From NCBI GenBank assembly GCA_020348985.1, contig CP070761.1, forward strand, positions 1,567,465 through 1,631,464: DNA of 64,000 nt. The letters run 5' to 3'. Positions 9,597 to 19,075 of this stretch are shown here, piece by piece. This DNA comes from Candidatus Thorarchaeota archaeon. GTDB lineage: Archaea > Asgardarchaeota > Thorarchaeia > Thorarchaeales > Thorarchaeaceae. Numbering within the stretch: the stretch's first letter is position 1; the number at the start of each line of letters is the position of its first letter. Below the pieces are notes generated by a model. That model saw nothing but the letters and a program-made list of their open reading frames with translations, was not told the DNA's origin and ran no database searches. A program made the translations under genes and the position numbers.

Positions 9597-10349
9597 TCAC
9601 CACTTGTCATGAACATGCTTCTTCATTATGAAATCATCAACGGCATCAACTGCCAATTGGGGTAGATCAGTTATGACACCGTCAACCCCCATCATCAATT
9701 GCTCGGTAATCAGCTCTTCATCGTTTATTGACCACGGATAGACCTTCAGACCAGCTTCGTGCGATGATTTGACGAGCTCCTCTGTCACAAGCCAGAAGAG
9801 GGGGTTAACTGCATTTGCGTGAAGATTGCCTGCATACTTGGCCAGTTGGTCTATCTCAGTAGAAACCAAGACTGCTGTCACTGCATCATCATTCAGGGCT
9901 CTGATGATACCCAAGCTGGGGTGATTGAACGATGAGAAGATGACTTGATCAAGCATGTCGGTTTCAATGACCAAGTTGACCGCTGCCTCTTCGATGCCAG
10001 TGGCCTTCAACTCAATGTTGACACCAAATCGTCCGCGAGCAAATCTCAAGACTTCCTCGAGGAGTGGAACCTTTTCACCACACCCTGCATCGAGGTTGAA
10101 AAGAACATCCAGGGTTGTCTCATCTACATTCCCGACCCCGTCTGTGGTTCTTGAGAGCTCTCTGTCGTGCATACAGACAAGGTATCCATCCGATGTACTC
10201 CAAACATCAGTTTCTATCATGTCTACGCCCATTTGCCAAGCAACTCGAAAAGACTTCATCGTATTCTCAGGTGCATGCCCTGCGGCACCCCTATGTCCAA
10301 TCACAATGATTTCTCTCAGACCCTCATCTCCAAGATATCCAAGTTTCAA
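9597..10349 (-). CDS. Glycerophosphodiester phosphodiesterase (GDPD/UgpQ family)
   Basis: IGHRGA, PENT, ETDV, HD, NIELK, GVDGVITD motifs. Confidence 0.92.
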   Translation of the reverse strand: MKLGYLGDEGLREIIVIGHRGAAGHAPENTMKSFRVAWQMGVDMIETDVWSTSDGYLVCMHDRELSRTTDGVGNVDETTLDVLFNLDAGCGEKVPLLEEVLRFARGRFGVNIELKATGIEEAAVNLVIETDMLDQVIFSSFNHPSLGIIRALNDDAVTAVLVSTEIDQLAKYAGNLHANAVNPLFWLVTEELVKSSHEAGLKVYPWSINDEELITEQLMMGVDGVITDLPQLAVDAVDDFIMKKHVHDKW

Positions 10350-10368
10350 AGCATCACGGGGCTGTTAT

Positions 10369-10665
10369 TCAATCATCAGGTCGAGCAAGACCAGTTCCGC
10401 CGCACCGCGGACAGGTTTCCGTGCCCTCTATTCCCTTTATCCTTCCTGACCCGCCGCAGTAGTAGCAGTCAGCTGAAGGGACGTCGAGTGATTTGTCAAA
10501 ACCCTTGGCTACCGCGCTTCCTAGGCCAATCAGAACAGCGGCTATGAACATAGTCACAAGGGACACAATGTAAAACTCCGCAATCGGATAAAGTATGAAA
10601 GCTGCAGCTAGGAACAAGAAGACTCCAGAGATAGCCAATAGGAGACCTTTCCTTGCCCGATCCAT
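10369..10665 (-). CDS. Small two-TM protein with C-terminal DnaJ-type zinc finger
   Basis: Two hydrophobic helices followed by CYYCGGSG and CPRCGGTG (CxxCxGxG x2); ATG at 10665 after AAGGTG. Confidence 0.75.
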   Translation of the reverse strand: MDRARKGLLLAISGVFLFLAAAFILYPIAEFYIVSLVTMFIAAVLIGLGSAVAKGFDKSLDVPSADCYYCGGSGRIKGIEGTETCPRCGGTGLARPDD

Positions 10666-10826
10666 AGGAAACACCTTGATTGCGGCTGGAGTGATTTCCG
10701 AAGCCGACCCTTCAGGTAGAATCGCAGGCGACTCTCAACCCGCCTATGCTAAATACATTACGGCAGTGGATTTGATTGATGTCCCTAAGAGAGAACTCAA
10801 AAACAATTCAACTCCGCTTCATTAAG

Positions 10827-11018
10827 GTGAACACAATTCCCGTAGTCATTGACCATACTTGTTGCACAGGCTGCGGGGACTGTGTCAAATCCTGTAGATA
10901 CGGTGTCTTCGAAAAACTCGACGAGACTCCGGAAGTCGCCCATATTCAGTTTTGTAAAGATTGCGGAACTTGCGTTGAGGATTGCCCAACCCAATGCATT
11001 TCCTTCCGAAATGACTAG
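10827..11018 (+). CDS. 2x[4Fe-4S] ferredoxin
   Basis: CTGCGDCVKSC and CKDCGTCVEDCP motifs; start uncertain (GTG 10827 or ATT 10836). Confidence 0.88.
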   Translation: MNTIPVVIDHTCCTGCGDCVKSCRYGVFEKLDETPEVAHIQFCKDCGTCVEDCPTQCISFRND

Positions 11019-11155
11019 GTACAAAGGCTCCTAGAACGAAGGAAAGAGTATAGGTTTCACTTTAAAGAGAAGTGTGAAACACATCGTGATAACATTCAAA
11101 GACAAGAGATAATAGAATATGAGAGTCTGTAGAGCGTTAGCGGACTGGAAGGACA

Positions 11156-12073
11156 ATGTCAACAAAGGACTTGTTTACGAAGTACACTCAGCTGTACCAG
11201 AAGGGGCGTGCTAGAGAGATTGTTCCTGAAGGACCCTTCGTACGTCAACTCACCGACGTTCCAAGGCAAGGACTCGACCTTGCGCTCTTCTTCAAGGCAA
11301 AGAGAGTGAAGAACACAAGGCAGATTCACATCGGCGACCCAGTACCACCCGTAGTTGCCAGAGAAGAGGGTTTCTTGGAAACAGATGATAATACCTTCCT
11401 CAGCCGGACACTATTGTCAGAATTCAGGACGGTGGATTATCTCAAGGCAGTGATATCGGCTGGCAAAAGACTTGAGGAGACCCGCGAGAGAGTCCAGTTT
11501 CTCAAAACCTGTCAAAGGATTATCGATGTTCTCCTCAGAAAAGCAAGAAACGTGGTGCACCTGGGCGATTTCGAGCCTTTTAGATTTGACAGGCGTGTGT
11601 TTACCATAGAGGAGTACCTGAGCAAGAGAACCAAACTCGACAAGGTGGCAATTGAAGCCGCTTCAATCTCCTTTCATGTAGCTGAGCCCGACTACATTCT
11701 GATGCCTACTGGGGAGATCATAGTCTTCAACGACACATATAGCGTGCCTCATGGTGTGTTCTACTTTGCAGGTGGAATAGGATACACATTCGACCAAGCC
11801 GAGGGTGCCGCTAGCGAGGAAAGGGTCTTCAGGTCTCAAGAAGACCTGAGTCTGCACGGAATTGACAGCGCTTACCTTGAGGGCATGATGCTCAGTGTAA
11901 CTGAGGATTTCCAGACCAGAGTTCACTCCATAATCTATGCAGATGTATGGAAGAAGGTCAAGTCACGTCCTATCGGAGTTAACTTTGGAGAGCAACTTCT
12001 CATTAAGGCAGACCCTGGTAGCGAGATTTGGATGGGTGTATTCGAGATATACCTCGCCCCGCCTAGAACATGA
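11156..12073 (+). CDS. Hypothetical soluble protein
   Basis: 305-aa ORF with RBS (GAAGGA); no motif recognised. Confidence 0.7.
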   Translation: MSTKDLFTKYTQLYQKGRAREIVPEGPFVRQLTDVPRQGLDLALFFKAKRVKNTRQIHIGDPVPPVVAREEGFLETDDNTFLSRTLLSEFRTVDYLKAVISAGKRLEETRERVQFLKTCQRIIDVLLRKARNVVHLGDFEPFRFDRRVFTIEEYLSKRTKLDKVAIEAASISFHVAEPDYILMPTGEIIVFNDTYSVPHGVFYFAGGIGYTFDQAEGAASEERVFRSQEDLSLHGIDSAYLEGMMLSVTEDFQTRVHSIIYADVWKKVKSRPIGVNFGEQLLIKADPGSEIWMGVFEIYLAPPRT

Positions 12074-13652
12074 TGGGGTCAAAGGCATCGATAGCAATTA
12101 GGACTGCTCTGAAAGCATAGATTCTGAACGTGTAGGTAATCGGAACATCGCTATGATTCTCAAGTAACGAGATTAATTCATCTATTGAGCCGTCGCCAAA
12201 ACCCGACACGAGTCCTGGTAGAGACTCGATTGTAATATTTTGAACCCCGTTGCCGCTGGCAATCATTATGTCTCCTGCAAGCTGAGCCAATGTTGTGTAG
12301 ACAAGGTTCAGCCTTCCAAAGACATCAGTTATGTTTCCAGCCTGAGCAATGCGCATTTCCCAAGTGCCTTCAAGCCCACCTATTGTCGAAGAATAGGAAT
12401 GTACAAGGTATTCTCCGACATCGCCGTCCATTTCATGAGAGAAGAACGAGCGACTGCATCGTACCTGTATGGTGTCCCATAGAGACAAGCTCTCAACAGT
12501 TAGGGCATTTGACTTCATGAAGATCGTGTCAAGGTCTTGATAGTCATCAAGAATGAATGGATCTACGAGAATCCCTGTAGTGAACCCGAACGATTCGGCT
12601 GATTCAGCGAGAAGCTCGGATTCATACAGAATAACTGAATCATCGATTGAATCGAAGGTGTTTCTCATGAGTCCCGAGAACCCTGCGATGTTGATTTGCC
12701 GAGCTTGACTCATCAAGTACTGCCATTCATTCAGGGACAGAGTCATGTCATATAGAACCCTGTGGGAGATTTGTGATCTATTGCATTCGTCAATGACTGC
12801 ATGTAGAACCTCTGTTGAGTTTTTCAACTCGTCAAAGACATCTTGAATCAGAAGTGTGGTTCCCAGATTCGCAGAATCAGCTTCTACGATATGCGGACGA
12901 CTGGGTGACAGGACAATTGTGCAGGGAATTTGGGAATCATTGAGAACTGAGAACCAATCGGTAAGACGGAGCCAAGCCGCAGACTCGGCCACATTCAGTC
13001 TGAAGCTCAAACCAAGGCTGTTGTTTGAGACCGATTTCACTATCTCAGTGGTAGGGCTGAATTCAGTGTATGGAAACTCAAAGTCAGACAAGGGTACATC
13101 AAGTGTGATTTCCGGGATGGCTCCTGGATGCGCAGATGCGATTGGAGTCTGACCCATTATGACTATAGAAATCGGAAAGAGAAGCCCAATTACGTTCAGA
13201 AAGATGAGCCAGGCTACTCCCTTCCGACCAAGTTCTCTCTTTGACCCTGGGATCCTGAAACGGCCGACTATAACTACAATCGCGCCGCAAAAAGCGTTGG
13301 CTAGCAGAACAATTATGAACCCTCTGACCAATGATGACAGTACGCCTAGAATGAGCACTGAAATGAGCATTATTATGAAAGGGAATATTGCCGCGCGTTT
13401 CTCATTATAGCCCCTTAGAAGAATGGGTATGATGACAATCAATGGGATCACATATAGGGCCAACGGAAGAGATTCTAGAAATCCATTCCGAGCGAGAGTC
13501 ATTCGCACACTAATCGAAATCACGGTATATATGATAAGAAGCACGTCGAATAGAAGCACGGACAAAACAAACCGATGTAATAGCAAATCCAGTCTTCGGT
13601 CTGATTCTATACGAATTCTTGCGGATTCACGTGATGATTGTATCAGCTCCAT
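12063..13652 (-). CDS. Membrane protein (about 5 N-terminal TM helices plus large soluble domain), unknown function
   Basis: 529-aa ORF; hydrophobic N-terminal third. Confidence 0.7.
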   Translation of the reverse strand: MELIQSSRESARIRIESDRRLDLLLHRFVLSVLLFDVLLIIYTVISISVRMTLARNGFLESLPLALYVIPLIVIIPILLRGYNEKRAAIFPFIIMLISVLILGVLSSLVRGFIIVLLANAFCGAIVVIVGRFRIPGSKRELGRKGVAWLIFLNVIGLLFPISIVIMGQTPIASAHPGAIPEITLDVPLSDFEFPYTEFSPTTEIVKSVSNNSLGLSFRLNVAESAAWLRLTDWFSVLNDSQIPCTIVLSPSRPHIVEADSANLGTTLLIQDVFDELKNSTEVLHAVIDECNRSQISHRVLYDMTLSLNEWQYLMSQARQINIAGFSGLMRNTFDSIDDSVILYESELLAESAESFGFTTGILVDPFILDDYQDLDTIFMKSNALTVESLSLWDTIQVRCSRSFFSHEMDGDVGEYLVHSYSSTIGGLEGTWEMRIAQAGNITDVFGRLNLVYTTLAQLAGDIMIASGNGVQNITIESLPGLVSGFGDGSIDELISLLENHSDVPITYTFRIYAFRAVLIAIDAFDPIMF

Positions 13653-13774
13653 CTCAGTCTTGCGAGCCTAGTGCGTGTTGATAAACCTCTTGACTAGTGT
13701 CCAGACTTGAGACATTCACTGATGGACCGGCAGGAACAAGAAGAGGTGCCTTGAAGGACAGTGTGGTGGAATCC

Positions 13775-14974
13775 ATGTACGATGTTGTCGTTGTAGGAGC
13801 AGGACCGGCTGGCTCTACGGCGGCAATGTACCTAGCCAAGATGGGTTTCGATGTCTGCCTCATCGATAGACAGCAATTCCCGAGAGACAAGCCGTGTGGT
13901 GGCGGCTTTGGCCTGGAACTCCTTAATGAGTTTCCTTGGCTGGGAAGAAGGTCGGATGAATTTCTCTCGGTTATCTGCAAGAGAGGAGTGGCTCATTCCC
14001 CGAACAGAGTTCATACATTGAAGTCTGATGTAGATCTCGCAGTTGCCCAAAGAACGGACTTCGACAAAGCAATTTATGAATCAGCACTGGAGCACGGCGC
14101 AGACATTCACACACCTCACAGAGTGAAAAACATCTCAACAAGGAACCACAGCGTTCTAGTGTCCACAGCAAGAGGTAAGCAATTCGAGACTCGAGTTTTG
14201 GTTGGCGCTGATGGCGTCAACAGTCTTGTTGTCCGTGAATTGGGTTTGCAGAGCAGATGGCCAAAAGGGTCTACAGTCCCGTGCAACGTCGTAGAAATTC
14301 CGGCGAAGATTAGCCAGATAATCGACCTATACGGAGAAGAAAGGGAGTACCACTTCTTTGCAGATGTTGGTGGTCTCCCTGGCTACGGATGGATATTCCC
14401 GAAAAAAGAAACTGTGAATGTCGGCATGGGAGCTATAGATACACACTCTGCAGGCCTGCCTCGCAAGTTCAGAGCATTCATCCGAATGCTTCAGAGAGAT
14501 GGATATCTAATGGAGAAAGTCGATTTGACAGGAGTCCAAGGTGGTCTTGTTCCCATCAAAGGGCCGATTTCTAGGACGTATGCAAACCGCTGCCTGCTAG
14601 TGGGCGATTCAGCCGGAATGGTCAATCCCTTGACTGGAGGAGGAATCGCTCTAGCAATGAGAGCGGCTAAAATAGCGGCCTCCACGCTTGAGACAAGCCT
14701 TGAGAATGACTCTCTTTCCGAGCAGCATCTCTCTGTGTATCAAAGGAAATGGACCAGCGATTTCGGAAGCAAAATGCGGACTCTGCTTCTGGCCCAGAGA
14801 GTCGCTACTTCGAGCATACTTGACTTGCTGTTCGTAATAGCCAGTCGAGATGAGGTAATCACAGAGATGGTTGGGAGCTCATTCTCAGAGGCATCTGAAC
14901 CATCGTTTGATGTGTTCAGTCTCGCAATCCGAGCTGCATTGGTCTGTATCCGAAGTGCCTTCCATATGGGCTAG
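13775..14974 (+). CDS. Geranylgeranyl reductase family FAD-dependent oxidoreductase
   Basis: YDVVVVGAGPAG, KPCGGG, GADG, GYGWIFPK, GDSAGMVNPLTGGGI. Confidence 0.9.
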   Translation: MYDVVVVGAGPAGSTAAMYLAKMGFDVCLIDRQQFPRDKPCGGGFGLELLNEFPWLGRRSDEFLSVICKRGVAHSPNRVHTLKSDVDLAVAQRTDFDKAIYESALEHGADIHTPHRVKNISTRNHSVLVSTARGKQFETRVLVGADGVNSLVVRELGLQSRWPKGSTVPCNVVEIPAKISQIIDLYGEEREYHFFADVGGLPGYGWIFPKKETVNVGMGAIDTHSAGLPRKFRAFIRMLQRDGYLMEKVDLTGVQGGLVPIKGPISRTYANRCLLVGDSAGMVNPLTGGGIALAMRAAKIAASTLETSLENDSLSEQHLSVYQRKWTSDFGSKMRTLLLAQRVATSSILDLLFVIASRDEVITEMVGSSFSEASEPSFDVFSLAIRAALVCIRSAFHMG

Positions 14975-15001
14975 GACAGCTGACTAGAACACCCAAGGTG
15001 A

Positions 15002-15562
15002 CTAGTCAGCAGAATCGAGCGCGTCCGTTTCAAGACCTTCAATTAGACAATGGATATCAGGTCGTCCCAGAAGCTTCCGTCGGGTTTCAGATAGATTATT
15101 GATTACACACGAAATACCAACGCATGTTGCACCAAGCTTCTCAAGGACCTTCAGCAATGCTAGAACAGTTGTTCCCTGAATGAGCCAATCATCGACAATG
15201 GCAACACGATCTCCGGGATCAATTGATTCCGTGACGAGCGCCAATCGCCTGTCAGCTAGCCTACTAACGGGCAGCCATTCAACTCCACGTTTGTAATCCT
15301 CCGGAAGATATGCTATAGACCTTGCAGGGACAATTCCACAGCCAAGGTAGTACGCAATTGCACTCCCCAGAGCCAACCCCCGCTGTTCGATTCCGATGAC
15401 TTTGTTTGGCTTGAGTTCAAGCAGTGGTTTCGCTAACGCGACAACTGCTTCGTGAAATACCGTAGGGTGCTCAATCAGTCGGCTAATATCAATGACCGCC
15501 TTTCCGGGTTCAGGCCAGTCGTTTATCACTTCAACGTATTCGCGGAAGTCTATGTCTGTCAT
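15002..15562 (-). CDS. Adenine phosphoribosyltransferase-like protein (type I PRTase)
   Basis: DWPEPG, GIEQRG, GDRVAIVDDWLIQGTT PRPP loop (slightly atypical). Confidence 0.75.
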   Translation of the reverse strand: MTDIDFREYVEVINDWPEPGKAVIDISRLIEHPTVFHEAVVALAKPLLELKPNKVIGIEQRGLALGSAIAYYLGCGIVPARSIAYLPEDYKRGVEWLPVSRLADRRLALVTESIDPGDRVAIVDDWLIQGTTVLALLKVLEKLGATCVGISCVINNLSETRRKLLGRPDIHCLIEGLETDALDSAD

Positions 15563-15769
15563 TGCTTTCCCAAACAGTTGTCGCCGAAAGCGTGAGATAT
15601 ACCTTTCTGTGCCGCTGGACTCTATAGAGCAGTCTTTGGGCCCCTTGCTCCCGTTGGCTCAATTTGGTAGGCTTCGGGGTCGGCCCGGGACTCTTAGGCG
15701 AATGGAAGCTCCACGAAACAGTTATGAATCAAGTCCATATTCGCAATCCGTACACGACATGGAGAGGGC

Positions 15770-17035
15770 TTGACTCTGATAGTCCCAGGCACTACAGTTT
15801 CAGTGACCTTGTCACCTGGCTTTGTTGAGATAAGGGATAAGGGCATTGTGAAGAAGAAGATTCTCACGAAGAACAAATCATTCGAGACTGTGCTGGAGGA
15901 AGTTGAGAGCTACTTCAATTACATTGGGAGACGCCTAGCACCTGGATTGTTGAAGGATGTCATGATTAGGATTGGTGTTCCACAAGTGAAGCTGATTGTG
16001 GATGAAAAGGAGCCCGTGTCTATCAAGAAGGAAGAACCCAAACCAAAAGAGCCCAAGGCCTCACCAAGGGTTCCTTCAGAACCAAAAGTGGAAAAGCCTC
16101 CTGCACTGGCTCAACCCGAAGCCAAGCCTGAGATCAAGGCAACACTTGAGGACCAGGAGCTCCTGGATATTGAGTCGGCTTTGTCGGTGGTAGAATCCTT
16201 GAGCGATTCATTCATGACACCCGCAGACATTGGGAATGGAATCCCCGCAGCTCCACCAGAAATTCGCATCGATGTTAAGGGTGCTGAGGAGATAGCTGCG
16301 TCAGTGGGGACACGTCCTACTGTCCCGGAAGTTTCAGCAGTAGCGACTAAGGATGACGTTGCTGATGCAGAAACCATCACGCCGGCTGAGACTGCTGTTG
16401 AAGATGCACCATTGGGGTCGTTTGATCCTGTTCAAGCACTAGAGGAGGCAACTCCAGCCCATGTTGTGAAACCACTAGTGGATCAGAAGGCAATTATCCT
16501 GGGTGAGGAAAACGTCGGAAAAGCAAGTCTGATCAAAGGTGCTACGTTGGGTTCGATTCTAACAGAAGACTTGTCCTCGCCATACATCCATGACCGAGTC
16601 TTCGAACTCACTAACCATCGTGTCAAGCTTCATGTTTGGTCATTTGACGAAGCCTCTCAGCTAAAGGTGCCACGAGCTGAATTCTACTCCGACACGGGTG
16701 TAGTGATAATTGTCTATTCAGCCGCCGATAGATGGAGTTTCCAGAGCATTGACTTCTGGCTGAAAGAGGCGCTGGTTACTCTTGACGCTGTACCTCCACT
16801 TGTGATTGTCGGCAACAAATCGGATTTGAGAGACGCAGCAACTCCTGGCCAGCAGCCGGTTTCCAAGGATGAGGGATTCAAACTGGCGGAAGAGCTAGCA
16901 AAGTCACATGGTGGTAACGGCAAGCTGCATCCAGTAGCGTTCATCGAGACTTCCTGCGAAACAGGGGAGGGAGTAGAGGATGTGTTCAAAACCGCCGCGG
17001 AGCTCTCTTTGCGATCCCGGCCGCCTGCAGAATAG
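15770..17035 (+). CDS. Ras/Rab-like small GTPase domain (degenerate) fused to a small N-terminal domain via a long low-complexity linker
   Basis: C-terminal KAIILGEENVGKAS, VIIVYS, LVIVGNKSDL, FIETSC; G3 DxxG replaced by SFDE; P/E/K/A-rich linker. Confidence 0.85.
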   Translation: MTLIVPGTTVSVTLSPGFVEIRDKGIVKKKILTKNKSFETVLEEVESYFNYIGRRLAPGLLKDVMIRIGVPQVKLIVDEKEPVSIKKEEPKPKEPKASPRVPSEPKVEKPPALAQPEAKPEIKATLEDQELLDIESALSVVESLSDSFMTPADIGNGIPAAPPEIRIDVKGAEEIAASVGTRPTVPEVSAVATKDDVADAETITPAETAVEDAPLGSFDPVQALEEATPAHVVKPLVDQKAIILGEENVGKASLIKGATLGSILTEDLSSPYIHDRVFELTNHRVKLHVWSFDEASQLKVPRAEFYSDTGVVIIVYSAADRWSFQSIDFWLKEALVTLDAVPPLVIVGNKSDLRDAATPGQQPVSKDEGFKLAEELAKSHGGNGKLHPVAFIETSCETGEGVEDVFKTAAELSLRSRPPAE

Positions 17036-17204
17036 AGGACTTCTTGCATATGGGCGGAGCAATGTTTTATCTTATCTGAATCCATTGACACTATGCAGGC
17101 TGTCGGACTGATTAGCAGAGATGCTAACCACTGGGAACAGTCAAATAGTGCCCCCACACATCCCGAATTGACGCACCATATCCAATACGACGACGACGGC
17201 CTAA

Positions 17205-17522
17205 GTGGTGATTAGCACGGTAGAGTATTGTGAGAGCTGTGGCAAGGAAGCAGAACCCCCAGTTCCGGCCAGGAGGCTCGAAGAGAGCTTCGCAAACGAC
17301 GAGAGGAGAAGACTCTGCCTTTGCTTGGATTGTTTCGGAAAGCGCTTCAAGGTTGTCACAAAGAAGAGATCGGGCTATGGTGGCACAATATACGAGTTGG
17401 AGGACAAGCCGAGTCCTCGGTTCGGCATTGGAAGTAAGACATTCTCTTGCTTGAGATGCGAGTGGGTTGCGTGGACAGACGAGGGACTGGCAATTCACAC
17501 ACGAAAGAAACACCAATCTTGA
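17205..17522 (+). CDS. Small zinc-finger protein (CxxC pairs plus C2H2)
   Basis: CESC, CLCLDC, CLRC...H...H. Confidence 0.75.
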   Translation: MVISTVEYCESCGKEAEPPVPARRLEESFANDERRRLCLCLDCFGKRFKVVTKKRSGYGGTIYELEDKPSPRFGIGSKTFSCLRCEWVAWTDEGLAIHTRKKHQS

Positions 17523-17532
17523 GACAATCAAT

Positions 17533-18183
17533 TCATTGATTGATGGCATATCTGTCTGGTTCTTTTACGATTTCATGTCCGTGGACACTGATGCCCTGAA
17601 CCTTTCTAGCTGCATTCTCGAGCATCCCCATCCTGTAGGCCGCCGTCCGAGGACCAAGACCATGAAGCCAGTCAAGACGGGACATGTCTAGTCGGTCATT
17701 CTGAGAGAAGTAGACGCGCAGGTCTGATGCTATCGAGTTTGTCCGATCAAACATTGCAGCCGTAAGTCCGGCGCTAGGTGCGCCGAAAGCAAGAAGTATC
17801 CAGATTGGAATCAGTTGGTCGTTCCCAAAGAAGTCAAAGAATAGCACGAATCCGGAAAGCATCGGCTGAAGTAGAGATAGTAAAACCAGCCCTAGTGCCA
17901 GATGTTGGGATGCATCATCACTACCTAGGCCCGCCACACCAATGATGTCTTGCTCAGGGGGAAACAAGTATATCAAGACCCCGCCTGAGGCGATGCCGAC
18001 CGCAAACGCCGATGACAACAAGTAGAAGGGATAGGCGAACGCATGGTCCATCCAGATCTGTGGGAAGCTTATCAGTGACTGCGCCACAAGAGTGGCGGAT
18101 ATGACGACTGCTCCTACAATGAAACCAGGCCAACTGAAGAATTCATACCTTCTAGTCATGATGTCTCCATTCATGTCAGCCAT
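17533..18183 (-). CDS. Membrane protein (about 4 TM), unknown function
   Basis: 216-aa ORF with four hydrophobic segments. Confidence 0.7.
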   Translation of the reverse strand: MADMNGDIMTRRYEFFSWPGFIVGAVVISATLVAQSLISFPQIWMDHAFAYPFYLLSSAFAVGIASGGVLIYLFPPEQDIIGVAGLGSDDASQHLALGLVLLSLLQPMLSGFVLFFDFFGNDQLIPIWILLAFGAPSAGLTAAMFDRTNSIASDLRVYFSQNDRLDMSRLDWLHGLGPRTAAYRMGMLENAARKVQGISVHGHEIVKEPDRYAINQ

Positions 18184-18361
18184 CTATTTCGCGATCCGTC
18201 AGAATATTCTATGCCCAGATAACTCACATTCTGAGATAAAGCTTGTCCCGTCGGACGACCTGTATGAAGCCAGTAGTACAATCTTCGTTTCTTAGAAAGT
18301 GCAATTTATAACATAATTACAGAAAACTGACGTGCCACAGTACAATGTGGAGAGGGAGTAC

Positions 18362-19060
18362 TTGGACGCAAACACAATCATCGACCTTCAATCTGTTTCT
18401 CGGATTTATGAGATGGGCGAGATCAAAGTTCACGCATTGAGAGGTGTGTCACTTGAGGTCAAGCGCGGTGAGGCCATCGGTATCATGGGACCGAGTGGGT
18501 CAGGCAAGACAACGTTGCTGAACCTCATCGGAGCTCTCGATCGTCCTTCCTCAGGACGAGTCTTCATCGATAACGTTGACATCACCAATATGAACGAACA
18601 AGAGCTAACGGTTGTAAGGAGAGACAAGATCTCGTTTGTGTTCCAGTTCTTCAACTTGCTACCGGTACTGAGCGCGAGAGAGAACGTGGAGCTTCCGCTT
18701 CTGATTGCTGGAGTCGAAGAAGACACCAGAGTGTCGCGTGTGAATCACCTTTTGGAGCTTGTAGGACTCACCGACCGAGCAGACCATCGGCCAGATGAAC
18801 TAAGCGGCGGAGAGCAGCAACGAGTCGCAATCGCACGAGCACTAGCCAAACCACATGGTTCCGCGAGCTCAGTTGTGGTCTTGGCCGACGAGCCAACGGG
18901 AGACCTAGACACGACCACTGGCGAAGAGGTCATGCAAGTACTCATTGATCTTACACGAGGAGAAGGTGGCACTCTGATAGTTGTCACACATGACCCAGAT
19001 GTGGGAGAGAGGATGGACAGAGTCTACACTATGAGAGATGGGCAGATCACGAATTCGTAA
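18362..19060 (+). CDS. ABC transporter ATP-binding protein (LolD/MacB family)
   Basis: GPSGSGKT, LSGGEQQRVAIARA, LADEPTG, VTH; TTG start after GAGGGAG (ORF track starts at 18332). Confidence 0.93.
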   Translation: MDANTIIDLQSVSRIYEMGEIKVHALRGVSLEVKRGEAIGIMGPSGSGKTTLLNLIGALDRPSSGRVFIDNVDITNMNEQELTVVRRDKISFVFQFFNLLPVLSARENVELPLLIAGVEEDTRVSRVNHLLELVGLTDRADHRPDELSGGEQQRVAIARALAKPHGSASSVVVLADEPTGDLDTTTGEEVMQVLIDLTRGEGGTLIVVTHDPDVGERMDRVYTMRDGQITNS

Positions 19061-19075
19061 AGAGAGGAAAACACA

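Noticed and set aside
15647-15712. tRNA-like 5' segment (GCTCCCGTTGGCTCAATTTGGTAGGC) in a GC-rich intergenic region
   Set aside because: No T-arm (GTTCRA), no 7-nt anticodon loop and no matching acceptor 3' strand; not called as tRNA. tRNAscan-SE would settle it.
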